A DNA stretch of 64,000 nt from Bacteroidaceae bacterium (GCA_017622815.1 JAGAQH010000021.1:5335-69334), one strand, 5' to 3'. Numbered from the stretch's first letter, positions 18,835 to 29,594 are shown. Numbers and translations: made by a program. Notes: generated by a model from the sequence alone, not told the origin.

Positions 18835-18882
18835 ACCTCTGTGTAACAATAAAGGCAGAAAAGGGTATCATACCATAGAAAT

Positions 18883-18930
18883 GCAATGAGGTTGTGTCGG
18901 AAATCCCGACACAACCTCATTGCTTGTTTT
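18883..18930 (+). terminator. rho-independent terminator after the third FKBP gene
   Basis: Perfect 18-bp stem GCAATGAGGTTGTGTCGG / CCGACACAACCTCATTGC with a 5-nt loop, followed by TTGTTTT. Confidence 0.8.
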
Positions 18931-19046
18931 ATGATATCTGCCGCTTTTCGCAGGGCTACGCAAAAAGGTCTGCGTTGCCTGGCTTCAGCAGACATTTTAT
19001 CTCCCCCAAGGAGACATGCCATACGGGGTGTCAAATGGTTGGCTTT

Positions 19047-19165
19047 TTGTCCTCTGAGACAACGCAGTTTTGTCGTCCCGAGAACAAGGGCGCGTCACCA
19101 AGGAGAACAAGGGCTTGTTCTCAGTGACGACAAAGGGCCGTTCTCCTTGAGGACAAAATCCGCAC
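19047..19165. repeat. family E (GAGAACAAGGGC units), copy 1
   Basis: TTGTCCTCTGAGACAACGCAGTTTTGTCGTCCCGAGAACAAGGGCGCGTCACCAAGGAGAACAAGGGCTTGTTCTCAGTGACGACAAAGGGCCGTTCTCCTTGAGGACAAAATCC. Confidence 0.75.
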
Positions 19166-19219
19166 TCGCCGAGGGCATGAAAACATACCCCTAAGGAAAG
19201 TGTTCTCCTTGCCCGCAAG

Positions 19220-19336
19220 TTACTTTGCAGGAACACACAAGTAGAGGAACAGCCCTGCCACCAGCAAAACTACTATTGCCATGGCCATAATGCCCCACAT
19301 GAAGGACAGGTTGGCCTTGCTTGCCTTTCTTCTCAT
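19220..19336 (-). CDS. possible 38-aa single-TM small protein
   Basis: Own translation: MRRKASKANLSFMWGIMAMAIVVLLVAGLFLYLCVPAK. Lies 33 nt downstream of the S41 peptidase gene on the same strand. No homology evidence. Confidence 0.3.
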   Translation of the reverse strand: MRRKASKANLSFMWGIMAMAIVVLLVAGLFLYLCVPAK

Positions 19337-19369
19337 ATATATATAATATGTGTGGTTAATGTATGTTCC

Positions 19370-21031
19370 CTACTCCTCCGCCGGCTTCAGTATGGCATGA
19401 TATGCCTTGGAGTCGCGCAACAGGTTCACCGCGCTGCGATATGTCTTGTCCTGGGGGATGGCATGACGTATAGAGCCCTGCTGATGATAGTACCTGATGA
19501 TTATCTCGCTCTCCAAGTATGGCATTATGTGCTTGCGCATGCGCTGCAGATCCTTGTGTATGTCCGGTGCGAACTTGGCCTCAAGGGCCTTCATCTCCTC
19601 CTCAGCATCCGTCAGGTATCCCTCCATGTCCGCTACACGGCGCAGAAGTTGTATAACCTCGTCCGAACGGCGGTTGTAGGTAAACTTGGAGTCCTCCACA
19701 TACTTGCAGAAAGCATCATATACACTATCCGTAACGTGGAACTCTCCAGGGGCGGCTATGGCAGGGTGGCTGTTGGCAAAGTCCGTTGCCCAGTCAAAGA
19801 AGATATCGCTCTGAACCAGGTCGTATATCATGGTGGGCAAAGTGTCGTTCTTTATTACACTGTCAGGCTGGATGCCTCCTCCGTCGGTAACAGGGCGGCC
19901 TGCCTTCGTATAGAAGGTATTGCGCAGAGAGTCGGGGATAATCTTGGAACTGCCGTCGTGGTTGTATTCGTGTGCCTGGATGCAACGGCCAGATGGAATG
20001 TAGTAGCGGCCTGTGGTAATCTTAAGTTCCCCACGATAGGGAACGTCGCGTATGGCCTGTACCAAGCCCTTGCCAAACGTACGGGTACCCATGATGACGG
20101 CACGGTCCATATCCTGCAAGGCACCGCTGACAATCTCGGACGAGGAAGCCGACATGCCGTTCACAAGCACCACCAGAGGCATGTCGGGGGCTATGGGGTC
20201 TGTGGTTGTGGAATACTCGTGGTTCATGGATGCCTGCTTGCCCTTGGTGTAGACCACCTTCACTCCCTTGGGCAGGAAAAGGTTGGTAATGTCCACAGCC
20301 TCGTTTATGGCCCCACCTACATTGTCGCGAATGTCCAGGACAAGGCCTTTTGCGCCCTGCGACATGAGTTGCAGAAGGGCATGACGCATCTCACGCGCAC
20401 AGCCCGAAGTGAAACTGTTCAGATTTATATAACCTATGCCATCGTCCATGATACCATAGTACGGTATGGCTGGCAACTGTATGATACGGCGTGTAATGTG
20501 CACGGTACGGGGCTTCTCCTCGCCAGGGCGAAGGAAACGGAGTTCAAGCGTGGTACCGGCCTCACCACGAAGCATCTCTGTCACCTTTGTGGGCATCATG
20601 CCCTTGATATCCTTGCCGTCTACTGTCAAGATAATATCACCTGCTTTCAGGCCCGCATCCTGACTGGGAGTGTTTGTGTATGGCTCGTCTATCACCACAC
20701 GGTCGTGCTTCTTGTGATAACGTATGATGCTGCCAATGCCGGCATATTTGCCCGTAGCCATCTGACGCAGGTCATCATCATCGGCAGGATAGTATCCGGT
20801 AAAGGGGTCCACCTTCATCAACATTCCGTCAATGGCCCAGCGGATGACGGTATCGGCAGCCAGAGTGTCCACATAAAAGAGATCCAATGCCTTATATATC
20901 TCATTGAATATCTCCAGGTTCCTTGCCACTTTGGAATTGTGGTTCTCAACCACCTGAGCAGTAGCAGGGATGTATATGCCCGCCATGAAAGCAAGCGCGG
21001 TAACAAGGAAAAACTGACGTATTGTCTTCAT
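19370..21031 (-). CDS. S41 family carboxyl-terminal processing peptidase
   Basis: Signal peptide MKTIRQFFLVTALAFMAGIYIPATAQ, a PDZ region, and the S41 motifs LVNGMSASSSEIV and GTRTFGKGLVQ. Confidence 0.9.
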   Translation of the reverse strand: MKTIRQFFLVTALAFMAGIYIPATAQVVENHNSKVARNLEIFNEIYKALDLFYVDTLAADTVIRWAIDGMLMKVDPFTGYYPADDDDLRQMATGKYAGIGSIIRYHKKHDRVVIDEPYTNTPSQDAGLKAGDIILTVDGKDIKGMMPTKVTEMLRGEAGTTLELRFLRPGEEKPRTVHITRRIIQLPAIPYYGIMDDGIGYINLNSFTSGCAREMRHALLQLMSQGAKGLVLDIRDNVGGAINEAVDITNLFLPKGVKVVYTKGKQASMNHEYSTTTDPIAPDMPLVVLVNGMSASSSEIVSGALQDMDRAVIMGTRTFGKGLVQAIRDVPYRGELKITTGRYYIPSGRCIQAHEYNHDGSSKIIPDSLRNTFYTKAGRPVTDGGGIQPDSVIKNDTLPTMIYDLVQSDIFFDWATDFANSHPAIAAPGEFHVTDSVYDAFCKYVEDSKFTYNRRSDEVIQLLRRVADMEGYLTDAEEEMKALEAKFAPDIHKDLQRMRKHIMPYLESEIIIRYYHQQGSIRHAIPQDKTYRSAVNLLRDSKAYHAILKPAEE

Positions 21032-21041
21032 ACTCCATAAT

Positions 21042-21067
21042 TCCGCCCCTCGCAAAAGGAGGGCGGA
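21042..21067 (-). terminator. weak hairpin between the PfkB kinase and S41 peptidase genes
   Basis: 7-bp GC-rich stem TCCGCCC / GGGCGGA. No clear U-tract. Confidence 0.3.
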
Positions 21068-21097
21068 CATCTATATACTAAACAAGATAGTGTTGGG

Positions 21098-22078
21098 TTA
21101 TCTGCAATGTATGCCGGTCTTGATTCTATTCCATGCAGCCGGGCTCAACTGACTGCCCATCACCTGCACGGCCTCAGTGGCCAGGATAGTACCTACTTGT
21201 AAGCATTTCTTCAGTCTGTGACCGCGTGTGAGCGCATGCAGGAAACCCGCTGCAAAGTAGTCGCCGGCCGCCGTTGTATCAACCACGTTCTCCACATAAT
21301 CGGCATGACACTTGTAGATACGTCCGCCCTCGAGCATGGCAATGGAACCGTGCTCGCCTAACTTCACCACGGCCAAATCACACAGGTGAGCTATATGGCG
21401 GAGCTGCTCCTGGGGGTCGAAATTGCCCGTAAAGGCACGCGCCTCGCCCTCGTTGGCAAAGACTATGTCTATATAGTCGGATATAAGATGGTGGAAGTAT
21501 GTGCGGTTCTTGCTCACGACATTGAAACTGGAAAGGTCCAGGCTGAGAATGAGGCCTGCCTGCTTGGCCCTCTGGCAGATAGTTTCTATAAGTTCCTGGT
21601 TCTGCACCAGATAGCCTTCGATATGAAGCAGGTCATAGCCGCGGAACATCTCCTCGCTAATGTCGTTAGGACCGAGATAGTAGGCCGCACCCAACAGGGT
21701 TCCAAACGTGCGGCTTCCGCCAGGAGTGACAAAAGTGTGGGCCACTCCGGTTGCCTCGCGTCCTCTAATAAGTTGGGTATGCACACCGGCATCGCACAAC
21801 TTGCCCTCAAAGAAACGACCCATTTCGTCATCTCCGACACGTCCAATAAACCCGACCTCGCGCTCCAGACGTGCCAAAGCCACCATGGTATTGCTGATGC
21901 TGCCACCATTGGCCATACTCTTGTCCACATGACGGGTCATATCCTCTATCTCATGCTCCCAACGCTCGTTGATAAGGGTCATGGCATCCTTCTTCAGGTG
22001 TATCTCACTCAAAAGGTGCTCGTCGTCCAAACGGTACAGTATATCGACCAAAGCGTTGCCTATTCCTATTATTTTCAT
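21098..22078 (-). CDS. PfkB-family carbohydrate/adenosine kinase
   Basis: Starts IGIGNALVDIL and carries the PfkB signature DTTAAGDYFAAGFL. Confidence 0.85.
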   Translation of the reverse strand: MKIIGIGNALVDILYRLDDEHLLSEIHLKKDAMTLINERWEHEIEDMTRHVDKSMANGGSISNTMVALARLEREVGFIGRVGDDEMGRFFEGKLCDAGVHTQLIRGREATGVAHTFVTPGGSRTFGTLLGAAYYLGPNDISEEMFRGYDLLHIEGYLVQNQELIETICQRAKQAGLILSLDLSSFNVVSKNRTYFHHLISDYIDIVFANEGEARAFTGNFDPQEQLRHIAHLCDLAVVKLGEHGSIAMLEGGRIYKCHADYVENVVDTTAAGDYFAAGFLHALTRGHRLKKCLQVGTILATEAVQVMGSQLSPAAWNRIKTGIHCR

Positions 22079-22100
22079 GCTCTTCCTCTATTTTTTTCTG

Positions 22101-22108
22101 CAAATATA
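22101..22108 (-). promoter_or_regulatory. -7 box TATATTTG upstream of the PfkB kinase gene
   Basis: Matches TAnnTTTG. 22 nt upstream of ATG 22078. Confidence 0.6.
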
Positions 22109-22131
22109 TTGTTTATTTCCGAAAAAACCTC

Positions 22132-22139
22132 TATCTTTG
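22132..22139 (+). promoter_or_regulatory. -7 box TATCTTTG upstream of the tRNA-Asn pair
   Basis: Matches TAnnTTTG. 33 nt upstream of the first tRNA. Confidence 0.6.
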
Positions 22140-22172
22140 CACCGCAATTGAGAAAAAACGCTCAAAAAAGTT

Positions 22173-22249
22173 GCTTCAGTAGCTCAGTTGGTTAGAGCAC
22201 ATGACTGTTAATCATGGGGTCGTTGGTTCAAGCCCATCCTGAAGCGCCA
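22173..22249 (+). tRNA. tRNA-Asn (anticodon GTT), CCA encoded
   Basis: Hand-folded cloverleaf: acceptor GCTTCAG/CTGAAGC, D arm GCTC-AGTTGGTTA-GAGC, anticodon arm CATGA-CTGTTAA-TCATG, T loop TTCAAGC. Ends in GCCA. Confidence 0.9.
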
Positions 22250-22283
22250 AGACAAGAAAAGGGCGGACGCTCAGTTGCAAATT

Positions 22284-22357
22284 GCTTCAGTAGCTCAGTT
22301 GGTTAGAGCACATGACTGTTAATCATGGGGTCGTTGGTTCAAGCCCATCCTGAAGCG
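22284..22357 (+). tRNA. tRNA-Asn (anticodon GTT), no encoded CCA
   Basis: Body identical to the first copy. The 3' end reads ...CTGAAGCG then CAA, so CCA is not encoded. Confidence 0.9.
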
Positions 22358-22449
22358 CAAGCGGATAATAGCCTGTCGGTAACGATGGGCTATACTTGTA
22401 ATAATAAGCGCGCACGCGCGAGTGCAAATAAAAGGTACGACGCACACAG

Positions 22450-23145
22450 ATGGTAAACAAAGTAGAAGAGATAATAGGAAGTTTCCGTTCCATCCTGTTC
22501 CCTAAATTCTACGGACAGGGAGTGAGCGAAGAATTGCTATATGCCCAGATGTGCAGCATAATGGAGAAGGAGAAGGCAGCAAAGATGACAGAATACCTGC
22601 CGGAACTGAAACACCAGCTGGACATGGACGTGGAAGCCGCCTACAACGGAGACCCAGCCGCAGAATCGTATGACGAGATAATATGCTGCTATCCCGTGAT
22701 AAAGGCAATGATAAACTACCGCATAGCACACAGGATGCTGGAACTGGGAGTGCAACTGATACCCCGCATCATCACGGAAAAGGCACACTCGGAAACAGGT
22801 ATAGACATACACCCTGCCGCCACCATAGGACACCACTTCACCATAGACCACGGAACCGGTGTGGTGATAGGCGCCACCTGCATCATAGGCAACAACGTGA
22901 AACTGTACCAGGGGGTGACCCTCGGAGCAAAGAGTTTCCCGTTGGACGAAAACGGACACCCCATAAAGGGTATACCACGCCATCCCATACTGGAGGACGA
23001 CGTGATTATCTACAGCAACTCCACCGTTCTGGGACGCATCACCATAGGCAAGGGCACGGTAATCGGAGGCAACCTCTGGGTGACGGAGGGGACCAAGCCC
23101 GGAGAGAAACTGATGCAGGGCAACAATATCAGAAACAAGCAATAA
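22450..23145 (+). CDS. cysE: serine O-acetyltransferase
   Basis: Contains NGDPAAESYDEIICCYPVIKAMINYRIAH followed by hexapeptide repeats (GIDIHPAATIGHHFTIDHGTGVVIGATCIIGNNV). Confidence 0.85.
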   Translation: MVNKVEEIIGSFRSILFPKFYGQGVSEELLYAQMCSIMEKEKAAKMTEYLPELKHQLDMDVEAAYNGDPAAESYDEIICCYPVIKAMINYRIAHRMLELGVQLIPRIITEKAHSETGIDIHPAATIGHHFTIDHGTGVVIGATCIIGNNVKLYQGVTLGAKSFPLDENGHPIKGIPRHPILEDDVIIYSNSTVLGRITIGKGTVIGGNLWVTEGTKPGEKLMQGNNIRNKQ

Positions 23146-23156
23146 CAGACAAGATA

Positions 23157-24698
23157 ATGGAATTCGAACTAATTGCCAAGACCTTTCAAGGCTTGGAAAC
23201 AGTGTTGGCATCCGAACTAATAGACCTGGGAGCCAACAACATTCAGATAGGACGCCGCATGGTGTCCTTTACGGGTAATAAGGAGACTATGTACCGCGCC
23301 AACTTCCAACTGCGCACTGCCATACGTGTCCTCAAGCCCATCAGCCACTTCAAGGCAAAGACCGCCGACGAGGTATATGACGCCGTAAAACAGATAGACT
23401 GGACAGAGTATCTGAGTAACGACACCACCTTTGCCGTGGACAGCGTGGTTTTCAGCAACGAGTTCAAGCACTCCAAGTTCGTTGCCTACAAGGTGAAGGA
23501 CGCTATCGTTGACCAGTTCCGCGAGAAGACCGGCAACCGTCCAAACATACGTATCGTAAACCCCGACATACAGTTGCACATCCACGTTGCCGAGTATGAC
23601 TGCACACTGGCACTGGACAGTTCCGGCGAGAGCCTGCACCGTCGCGGCTACCGCCAGGAGGCTGTAGAAGCACCGCTGAACGAGGTGCTGGCTGCCGGCA
23701 TTATCCTGCAGACAGGATGGCGCGGCGAATGCGACCTGATAGACCCCATGTGCGGCAGCGGCACCTTTGCCGTAGAGGCGGCACTGATAGCACGCGGCAT
23801 TGCTCCCGGCGTGTTCCGCAAGGAGTACGCTTTCGAGAAATGGCCCGACTTCGACAAGGAACTCTTCGAACGCATCTATGACGACGACAGCATGGAGCGC
23901 CCCTTCGAGCACCATATCTATGGCTACGACAACAACCGCCAGGCCGTGGAGATAGCCACACGCAACGTGAAGGCAGCAGGCCTGAGCAAGGAGGTTACGA
24001 TTGCATTCCAGGATTTCAAGGACTTCACCCAACCCAAGGAGAAGAGTATCATCGTCACCAACCCGCCGTATGGAGAACGCATCTCCGCTCCCGACCTGCT
24101 GGGCCTGTACAAGATGATCGGCGAGAGATTCAAGCACCAGTTCGTTGGCGGAGACGCCTGGGTGCTGAGTTACAGGGAGGAATGCTTCGAAGCCATTGGC
24201 CTGAAGCCCTCGCTGAGAACACCCCTCTACAACGGTTCGCTTGAATGCGAACTGCGCAAGTACCAGATTTTCGACGGCAAGTTCAACGACATGCGTGCCG
24301 GAGGCGGTGACATCAAGACCGCACAGGAACGCCGCCTTATGGCCGACCAGAAACGCTTCAAGCAGAAGCGCGACTTCAAGACCCGCCTCGGAGAAGAACC
24401 AGAGGAACGCCAACTTTCAGGCGACCGCAACTTCGGCAAGGGAAAGTATGTCCGCGAGGACCGCAGGTTCGGACGTGACGACAGGAAATTCGGACGCAAG
24501 GAGGGAGGACATCACAGCGACAGACGTGATGACAAGCGCGATGACAAGCGCGAAAGCAGGTTCTCCGGTCGTGATGGCGAAGGCCGCAAGGGAAGGTATG
24601 GCAACGACAAGTTCGGAGACGGCAAGTTCGGCAAGAGGGACTTCAACAGGAAAAACAACAAATCATTCAATAAATTCCGTAGAGATGATGAAGACTAA
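23157..24698 (+). CDS. THUMP-domain class I SAM-dependent RNA methyltransferase with an Arg/Lys/Asp/Gly/Phe-rich C-terminal tail
   Basis: MEFELIAKTFQGLETVLA (THUMP), SAM site MCGSGTFAVEAAL, catalytic TNPPYGERI, and a tail of about 105 aa of RFG/KFG repeats. Start taken at ATG 23157 rather than the track start 22683, which overlaps cysE. Confidence 0.85.
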   Translation: MEFELIAKTFQGLETVLASELIDLGANNIQIGRRMVSFTGNKETMYRANFQLRTAIRVLKPISHFKAKTADEVYDAVKQIDWTEYLSNDTTFAVDSVVFSNEFKHSKFVAYKVKDAIVDQFREKTGNRPNIRIVNPDIQLHIHVAEYDCTLALDSSGESLHRRGYRQEAVEAPLNEVLAAGIILQTGWRGECDLIDPMCGSGTFAVEAALIARGIAPGVFRKEYAFEKWPDFDKELFERIYDDDSMERPFEHHIYGYDNNRQAVEIATRNVKAAGLSKEVTIAFQDFKDFTQPKEKSIIVTNPPYGERISAPDLLGLYKMIGERFKHQFVGGDAWVLSYREECFEAIGLKPSLRTPLYNGSLECELRKYQIFDGKFNDMRAGGGDIKTAQERRLMADQKRFKQKRDFKTRLGEEPEERQLSGDRNFGKGKYVREDRRFGRDDRKFGRKEGGHHSDRRDDKRDDKRESRFSGRDGEGRKGRYGNDKFGDGKFGKRDFNRKNNKSFNKFRRDDED

Positions 24699-26889
24699 TC
24701 GTTTCAAACAGCTTTCGGTGAAGGCTTTATTATCGTTTGTATTTTGCTTTATGTGTATAGCATCGGCATCGGCACAGCAGAAGCAGTTCACTCTGGACGA
24801 CCTGCTGGGTGGCGGCGAGAGTTACTGGCAACTGCGCCCTGAGAATATCTATACGTCATGGTGGGGCAACATTGCCTTGAAGACCACCCCGGAGGGCGTA
24901 TATGACCTAAATACAGGCAAGGAGATACTGACCGTGGAGCAGGTTAACAAGTGTCTGAACGAGAAGGTGGCCTTCAGCGCCCACAGTTTCTCATTCCCCC
25001 TTTCCGAGGAACCTGTGGTGATGTTCACCAAGGGACAGCGCCGCATAATGCTGGACTTCCATGCATGCCGTGTGCTTTACGATGTGACATTGCCCGAGGG
25101 TGCCGTTACACGCGACTTTAACATCAAGAGCAGACAGACTGCATACACCATAGGAGGCAACCTGTATGTCTTTACCGCCAATTCCGACACACTGCAAATC
25201 AGCATGGACGGCAGCACAGACGGCAGCGACAACATCGTGTACGGACAGAGCGTACACCGCGATGAGTTCGGTATCAGCGGAGGCACATTCTGGTCTCCCG
25301 ACGGCAAGTCGCTGGCCTACTACCGTATGGACCAGAGCATGGTGCCCAGTTATCCGCAGGTAGACATCAAGGCCAATGGTCCTGCCGAGGGAGAGTCCCG
25401 TATGGCAAAGACCTATTCATGCCACTATCCCATGGCCGGCGAAAATAGTCACGTCGTAAAGGTAGGTGTATATAACACCGAGACAAAGAAGAACATCTGG
25501 CTGGACCTCGTTGGCGAAAAGGACGACTACCATACCAACGTGACATGGGCTCCCGATGGCAAGAGCATCTACGTCTTTGAGTTGAACCGCGACCAGAACC
25601 ACATGCGCCTTGTGCAGTATGATGCCCTGACAGGCAACGTAGTCCGCACCGTCCTGGAGGAGAAGCACGACAAGTACGTAGAGCCTATGCATCCTCTGGC
25701 CTTCCTGCCATGGGACGACACCAAGGCCGTAATGCAGAGTCAGCGCGACGGCTACAACCACCTCTACCTTCTGGATCTGGAAAAGGACGAGTTGAAACAG
25801 ATAACAACTGGCAAGTGGGTGGTACAGCAGTTTGTTGGCTTCAACACCATGGCACGCCGCCTCATCTTCCGCAGCAACGAAGCCGACCCACGCAAATCCT
25901 GTCTCTACAGCGTGAAGGTTTCCGGAGGCAAGCGCACTCCCCTGGGTGCTCAGGAGGGTGTCTGCTATCAGGCACAACTGAGCAAGAGCGGTGCTGCCGT
26001 AATATCTGCCTATACCGCACCTGATGTACCCCGAATCATCAACCTGCTGTCCACCACAACAGGCAAGGGATCCAACATCCTCACTGCCAAGGACACATGG
26101 AAGGAGAAAGGATACTGCATCCCCACCTTCAAGAGCGGAAGCATCAAGGCTGCCGACGGCATTACCGACCTCTACTACCGCATGGTATTGCCTGCCGACT
26201 TTGACGAGAAGAAGAAGTACCCGACCATCGTCTATGTCTACGGCGGACCTCATGCACATCTGGTGGACGCTTCATGGCATTGGTCAAGCCGCGGCTGGGA
26301 AACCTACATGGCACAAAAGGGCTACATCGTCTTCATCCTCGACGGACGTGGCAGCGAATGGCGCGGCCGCGATTTCGAGCAGGCCACATTCCGCCAGTTG
26401 GGAACCGTTGAGTGCCAGGATCAGTACAAGGGTGTGGAGTACCTGATGTCACTGCCCTATGTGGACAAGGACCGCATGGGTGTACATGGCTGGAGTTTCG
26501 GCGGTTTCATGACCACAAACCTGATGCTCACTTTCCCCGACGTGTTCAAGGTGGGCGTGGCCGGAGGCCCCGTCATCGACTGGAACTACTACGAGGTGAT
26601 GTACGGCGAGCGCTATATGGACACTCCCGAGCAGAACCCCGAGGGATACAAGAACAGCAACCTGCGTCTGCGTGCCGGCAACCTGAAGGGCCGCCTGCAA
26701 CTTATCATCGGTTACAACGACCCCGTCTGTGTTCCGCAGCACACCCTCAGTTTCATCCGCGCCTGCATAGATGCCGGCACACAGTGCGACTACTTCCTCT
26801 ACCCCGGTGGCGAGCACAACATGTACGGCAAGGATGCAGTGCACCTGCACGAAAGGATAACAAGATACTTTGAAGACTATTTGAAATAA
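24685..26889 (+). CDS. dipeptidyl-peptidase IV (S9 family)
   Basis: Signal peptide [32 protein letters not shown], a beta-propeller region, and the catalytic Ser motif GWSFGGFMT. The start overlaps the upstream gene by 14 nt. Confidence 0.9.
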   Translation: MMKTNRFKQLSVKALLSFVFCFMCIASASAQQKQFTLDDLLGGGESYWQLRPENIYTSWWGNIALKTTPEGVYDLNTGKEILTVEQVNKCLNEKVAFSAHSFSFPLSEEPVVMFTKGQRRIMLDFHACRVLYDVTLPEGAVTRDFNIKSRQTAYTIGGNLYVFTANSDTLQISMDGSTDGSDNIVYGQSVHRDEFGISGGTFWSPDGKSLAYYRMDQSMVPSYPQVDIKANGPAEGESRMAKTYSCHYPMAGENSHVVKVGVYNTETKKNIWLDLVGEKDDYHTNVTWAPDGKSIYVFELNRDQNHMRLVQYDALTGNVVRTVLEEKHDKYVEPMHPLAFLPWDDTKAVMQSQRDGYNHLYLLDLEKDELKQITTGKWVVQQFVGFNTMARRLIFRSNEADPRKSCLYSVKVSGGKRTPLGAQEGVCYQAQLSKSGAAVISAYTAPDVPRIINLLSTTTGKGSNILTAKDTWKEKGYCIPTFKSGSIKAADGITDLYYRMVLPADFDEKKKYPTIVYVYGGPHAHLVDASWHWSSRGWETYMAQKGYIVFILDGRGSEWRGRDFEQATFRQLGTVECQDQYKGVEYLMSLPYVDKDRMGVHGWSFGGFMTTNLMLTFPDVFKVGVAGGPVIDWNYYEVMYGERYMDTPEQNPEGYKNSNLRLRAGNLKGRLQLIIGYNDPVCVPQHTLSFIRACIDAGTQCDYFLYPGGEHNMYGKDAVHLHERITRYFEDYLK

Positions 26890-26897
26890 CCGATATT

Positions 26898-28169
26898 ATG
26901 GAAAGAATACTTCTACTCGGCTCCGGTGGCCGTGAACACGCTTTGGCATGGAAGATAGCACAAAGCCCCAAGGTGGAGAAACTGTACATTGCACCCGGTA
27001 ATGCCGGAACGGCACTGGCAGGCGAGAACGTTGCCATGAAGGCAGACGACTTTGAAGGCATCAGGAGTTTTGTGCTTGCAAATGCCATCACTATGGTTGT
27101 CGTAGGTCCCGAGGACCCGTTGGTAAAGGGCATCTACGACTACTTCAAGGCCGATGCCGAACTGGCATCCATTCCCGTTATCGGACCTTCCAAGGAAGGC
27201 GCCGTGCTTGAGGGCAGCAAGGATTTTGCCAAGGGATTCATGCAGCGCCACGGCATCCCCACAGCAGCATACCAGACCTTCACAGGCGAGACCCTGGAGG
27301 AAGGCAAGGCTTTCCTGCGCACCCTTCAGGCTCCATACGTATTGAAGGCCGACGGCCTTTGTGCCGGTAAGGGTGTGCTCATTCTGGACACTCTGGAGGA
27401 GGCCGAGAAGGAACTGGAGGAGATGCTCGGCGGCATGTTCGGCGGTGCATCCAGCCGCGTGGTGATTGAAGAGTTCATGAGCGGCATAGAGTGCTCTGTG
27501 TTTGTGCTTACCGACGGCAAGGACTATGTCATCCTGCCCGAAGCCAAAGACTACAAGCGCATCGGTGAAGGCGACACAGGTCTCAACACAGGCGGTATGG
27601 GCAGTGTATCTCCCGTTCCCTTTGCCGACGAGGCATGGATGAAGAAGGTTGAGGACCGCATTATCCGTCCCACCGTGGAAGGCCTGGCCCAGGAGGGTAT
27701 CGACTACAAGGGTTTCATCTTCTTTGGTTTGATAAACGTAGACGGAGACCCCAAGGTGATAGAGTACAACGTACGCATGGGCGACCCCGAGACAGAGACC
27801 GTAATGCTCCGCATAAAGAGCGACCTGGTGGACCTCCTGCAGGGTGTGGCAACCCAGACCCTTGGCCAGAAGACCATAGAGTTTGACCAGCGCAGCGCCG
27901 TGTGCGTGATGATGGTGAGCGGAGGCTATCCCGGCTCCTACGAAAAAGGCTTCCCCATTACCGGCATCGACCAGGTAGAGGGCAGCATTGTCTTCCATGC
28001 CGGCACTGACAACAAGGACGGCCAGGTCGTTACCAGCGGCGGACGCGTCATTGCCGTAAGTTCATACGGTTCCACCAAGGCCGAGGCTCTGGCCAAGAGC
28101 ATGCAGGAAGCCGCCAAGATACAGTTCGAGGGCAAATACTTCCGTAGGGACATAGGCCAGGACTTGTAA
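26898..28169 (+). CDS. purD: phosphoribosylamine--glycine ligase
   Basis: Starts [20 protein letters not shown] and has an ATP-grasp region. 423 aa. Confidence 0.95.
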   Translation: MERILLLGSGGREHALAWKIAQSPKVEKLYIAPGNAGTALAGENVAMKADDFEGIRSFVLANAITMVVVGPEDPLVKGIYDYFKADAELASIPVIGPSKEGAVLEGSKDFAKGFMQRHGIPTAAYQTFTGETLEEGKAFLRTLQAPYVLKADGLCAGKGVLILDTLEEAEKELEEMLGGMFGGASSRVVIEEFMSGIECSVFVLTDGKDYVILPEAKDYKRIGEGDTGLNTGGMGSVSPVPFADEAWMKKVEDRIIRPTVEGLAQEGIDYKGFIFFGLINVDGDPKVIEYNVRMGDPETETVMLRIKSDLVDLLQGVATQTLGQKTIEFDQRSAVCVMMVSGGYPGSYEKGFPITGIDQVEGSIVFHAGTDNKDGQVVTSGGRVIAVSSYGSTKAEALAKSMQEAAKIQFEGKYFRRDIGQDL

Positions 28170-28175
28170 GAAGCC

Positions 28176-29141
28176 ATGCGCAACAACCGATTCCAGAATC
28201 ACGTAAGCGAGAGTACCGTCACCCTGCCTTTGTGCATGGCGACAGGTGCTCTCGCATGGTTTTGGAACGGCAGCACCCAGGCTTTCGATTGCAACCTTTC
28301 CGCCATTGTAGCATTTGCATTGGCGGCATTGTCCACCTACATAGTGATAGAGACGGCGAATGTCTTCGCCCTGCTGCGCATACGTTCAAGCATGATTGCC
28401 ACGGTATGGGTGGTGTGCATCTCCATGATGCCATCGCTGCATTCCTTCTCCGAGGCATGGGTGGCAGTACCGGCACTGGCAGGAAGTTACTATATCATGT
28501 TCCTGACCTACCAGCAACATGAACCGGTAATACATGTGTTCCACACGTTCCTGCTCCTCGGCATTGCCTCGCTGGCCATACCGCAACTGCTCGTCTTTGC
28601 CCCACTCTATTACTGGTATCTGCTGGTTTTCCTACGGAGCCTGACATGGCGCGGACTGTGGGCTGGTCTGGTAGGACTGACTCTGCCCATGTGCTTTGTC
28701 GTGGGATGGAGCATAGTGTCTGACGATTACAGTTTCCTTTGGAGCAGGATAGAATGCCTTATTCACACGGACCTGTTCGTTGCAGCCCACTATGGCCGCA
28801 TGCTCTCGTACAGGGAACCCCAGGCGCTGGGCTTCGCTCTCATGTCATTGCTTGCCCTGACAGGCATAGTGCACTACCTGCGCAACTACTACAACGACAA
28901 GATAAGGACCAGAATGTTCCTCTACATCTATGTCATGCAGACGGTGGCATCCTGGCTGCTCGTCGTAGCCATGCCCGACAGGTATTCCCTGCTTGCTCCG
29001 GTTCTGATGCTTGGCGCAAGCACCATGATAGCGCACTTCTTTGCCCTCACCGGAAGCATTCTCAGCAACCTGTTCTTCTGTCTGACACTCATTCTCACCC
29101 TTATGCTATTCACATTAAACTTAGGAATATGGACTTTCTGA
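28176..29141 (+). CDS. polytopic membrane protein of unknown function
   Basis: 321 aa with about 9 hydrophobic segments and no recognisable motif. Tightly packed with the downstream genes. Confidence 0.6.
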   Translation: MRNNRFQNHVSESTVTLPLCMATGALAWFWNGSTQAFDCNLSAIVAFALAALSTYIVIETANVFALLRIRSSMIATVWVVCISMMPSLHSFSEAWVAVPALAGSYYIMFLTYQQHEPVIHVFHTFLLLGIASLAIPQLLVFAPLYYWYLLVFLRSLTWRGLWAGLVGLTLPMCFVVGWSIVSDDYSFLWSRIECLIHTDLFVAAHYGRMLSYREPQALGFALMSLLALTGIVHYLRNYYNDKIRTRMFLYIYVMQTVASWLLVVAMPDRYSLLAPVLMLGASTMIAHFFALTGSILSNLFFCLTLILTLMLFTLNLGIWTF

Positions 29142-29584
29142 TAGAGGCACTTGAGAGTTATGGCTATATGGGCATGACCATTGCCGCCTTTCTGGCAGGC
29201 AGTGTCTTTCCCTTCAGCAGCGAGGCCGTGATGGTAAGCCTGCAACTGGCAGGACTGGAGCCATGGCCCTTGTTCCTCAGTGCCACTGTGGGCAACGTGG
29301 CAGGCTCAATGTTCAATTATTGGATAGGAACCTTCGGACGCATGGAGTGGATAGAGAAGTATCTCCACATTTCCGCAGAGAAGGTAAACAAGACAAGGGA
29401 ATGGATAGACGGACGTGGTGCATGGATAGGAACCCTCTGCTTCCTGCCCATCTTGGGCAGTGTGCTCAGTGTAACACTCGGCTACATGCGGGCCAATCCC
29501 TATACCACATTCCTGTCCATCTCCGTGGGCAAGGCCGTGCGTTATGCCATCCTCATTATCTCGATATATTACATAAACAACTAA
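29129..29584 (+). CDS. YqaA/DedA-like (SNARE-associated) membrane protein
   Basis: MDFLIEALESYGYMGMTIAAFLAGSVFPFSSEAVM...ATVGNVAGSMFNYWIG resembles the YqaA family. Start overlaps the upstream gene by 13 nt. Confidence 0.7.
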   Translation: MDFLIEALESYGYMGMTIAAFLAGSVFPFSSEAVMVSLQLAGLEPWPLFLSATVGNVAGSMFNYWIGTFGRMEWIEKYLHISAEKVNKTREWIDGRGAWIGTLCFLPILGSVLSVTLGYMRANPYTTFLSISVGKAVRYAILIISIYYINN

Positions 29585-29594
29585 ACAGACTATA

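Noticed and set aside
22683-23156. Long N-terminal extensions offered by the ORF track: THUMP methyltransferase from 22683, DPP-IV from 24241, NAD(P)HX dehydratase up to 14668, GS-III from 51806, and RNase R from 5425
   Set aside because: The extensions overlap well-supported upstream genes or repeat modules in other frames, and their composition is Arg/Pro/Gly-rich. Internal ATGs give canonical N-termini or signal peptides and fit the -7 box positions.
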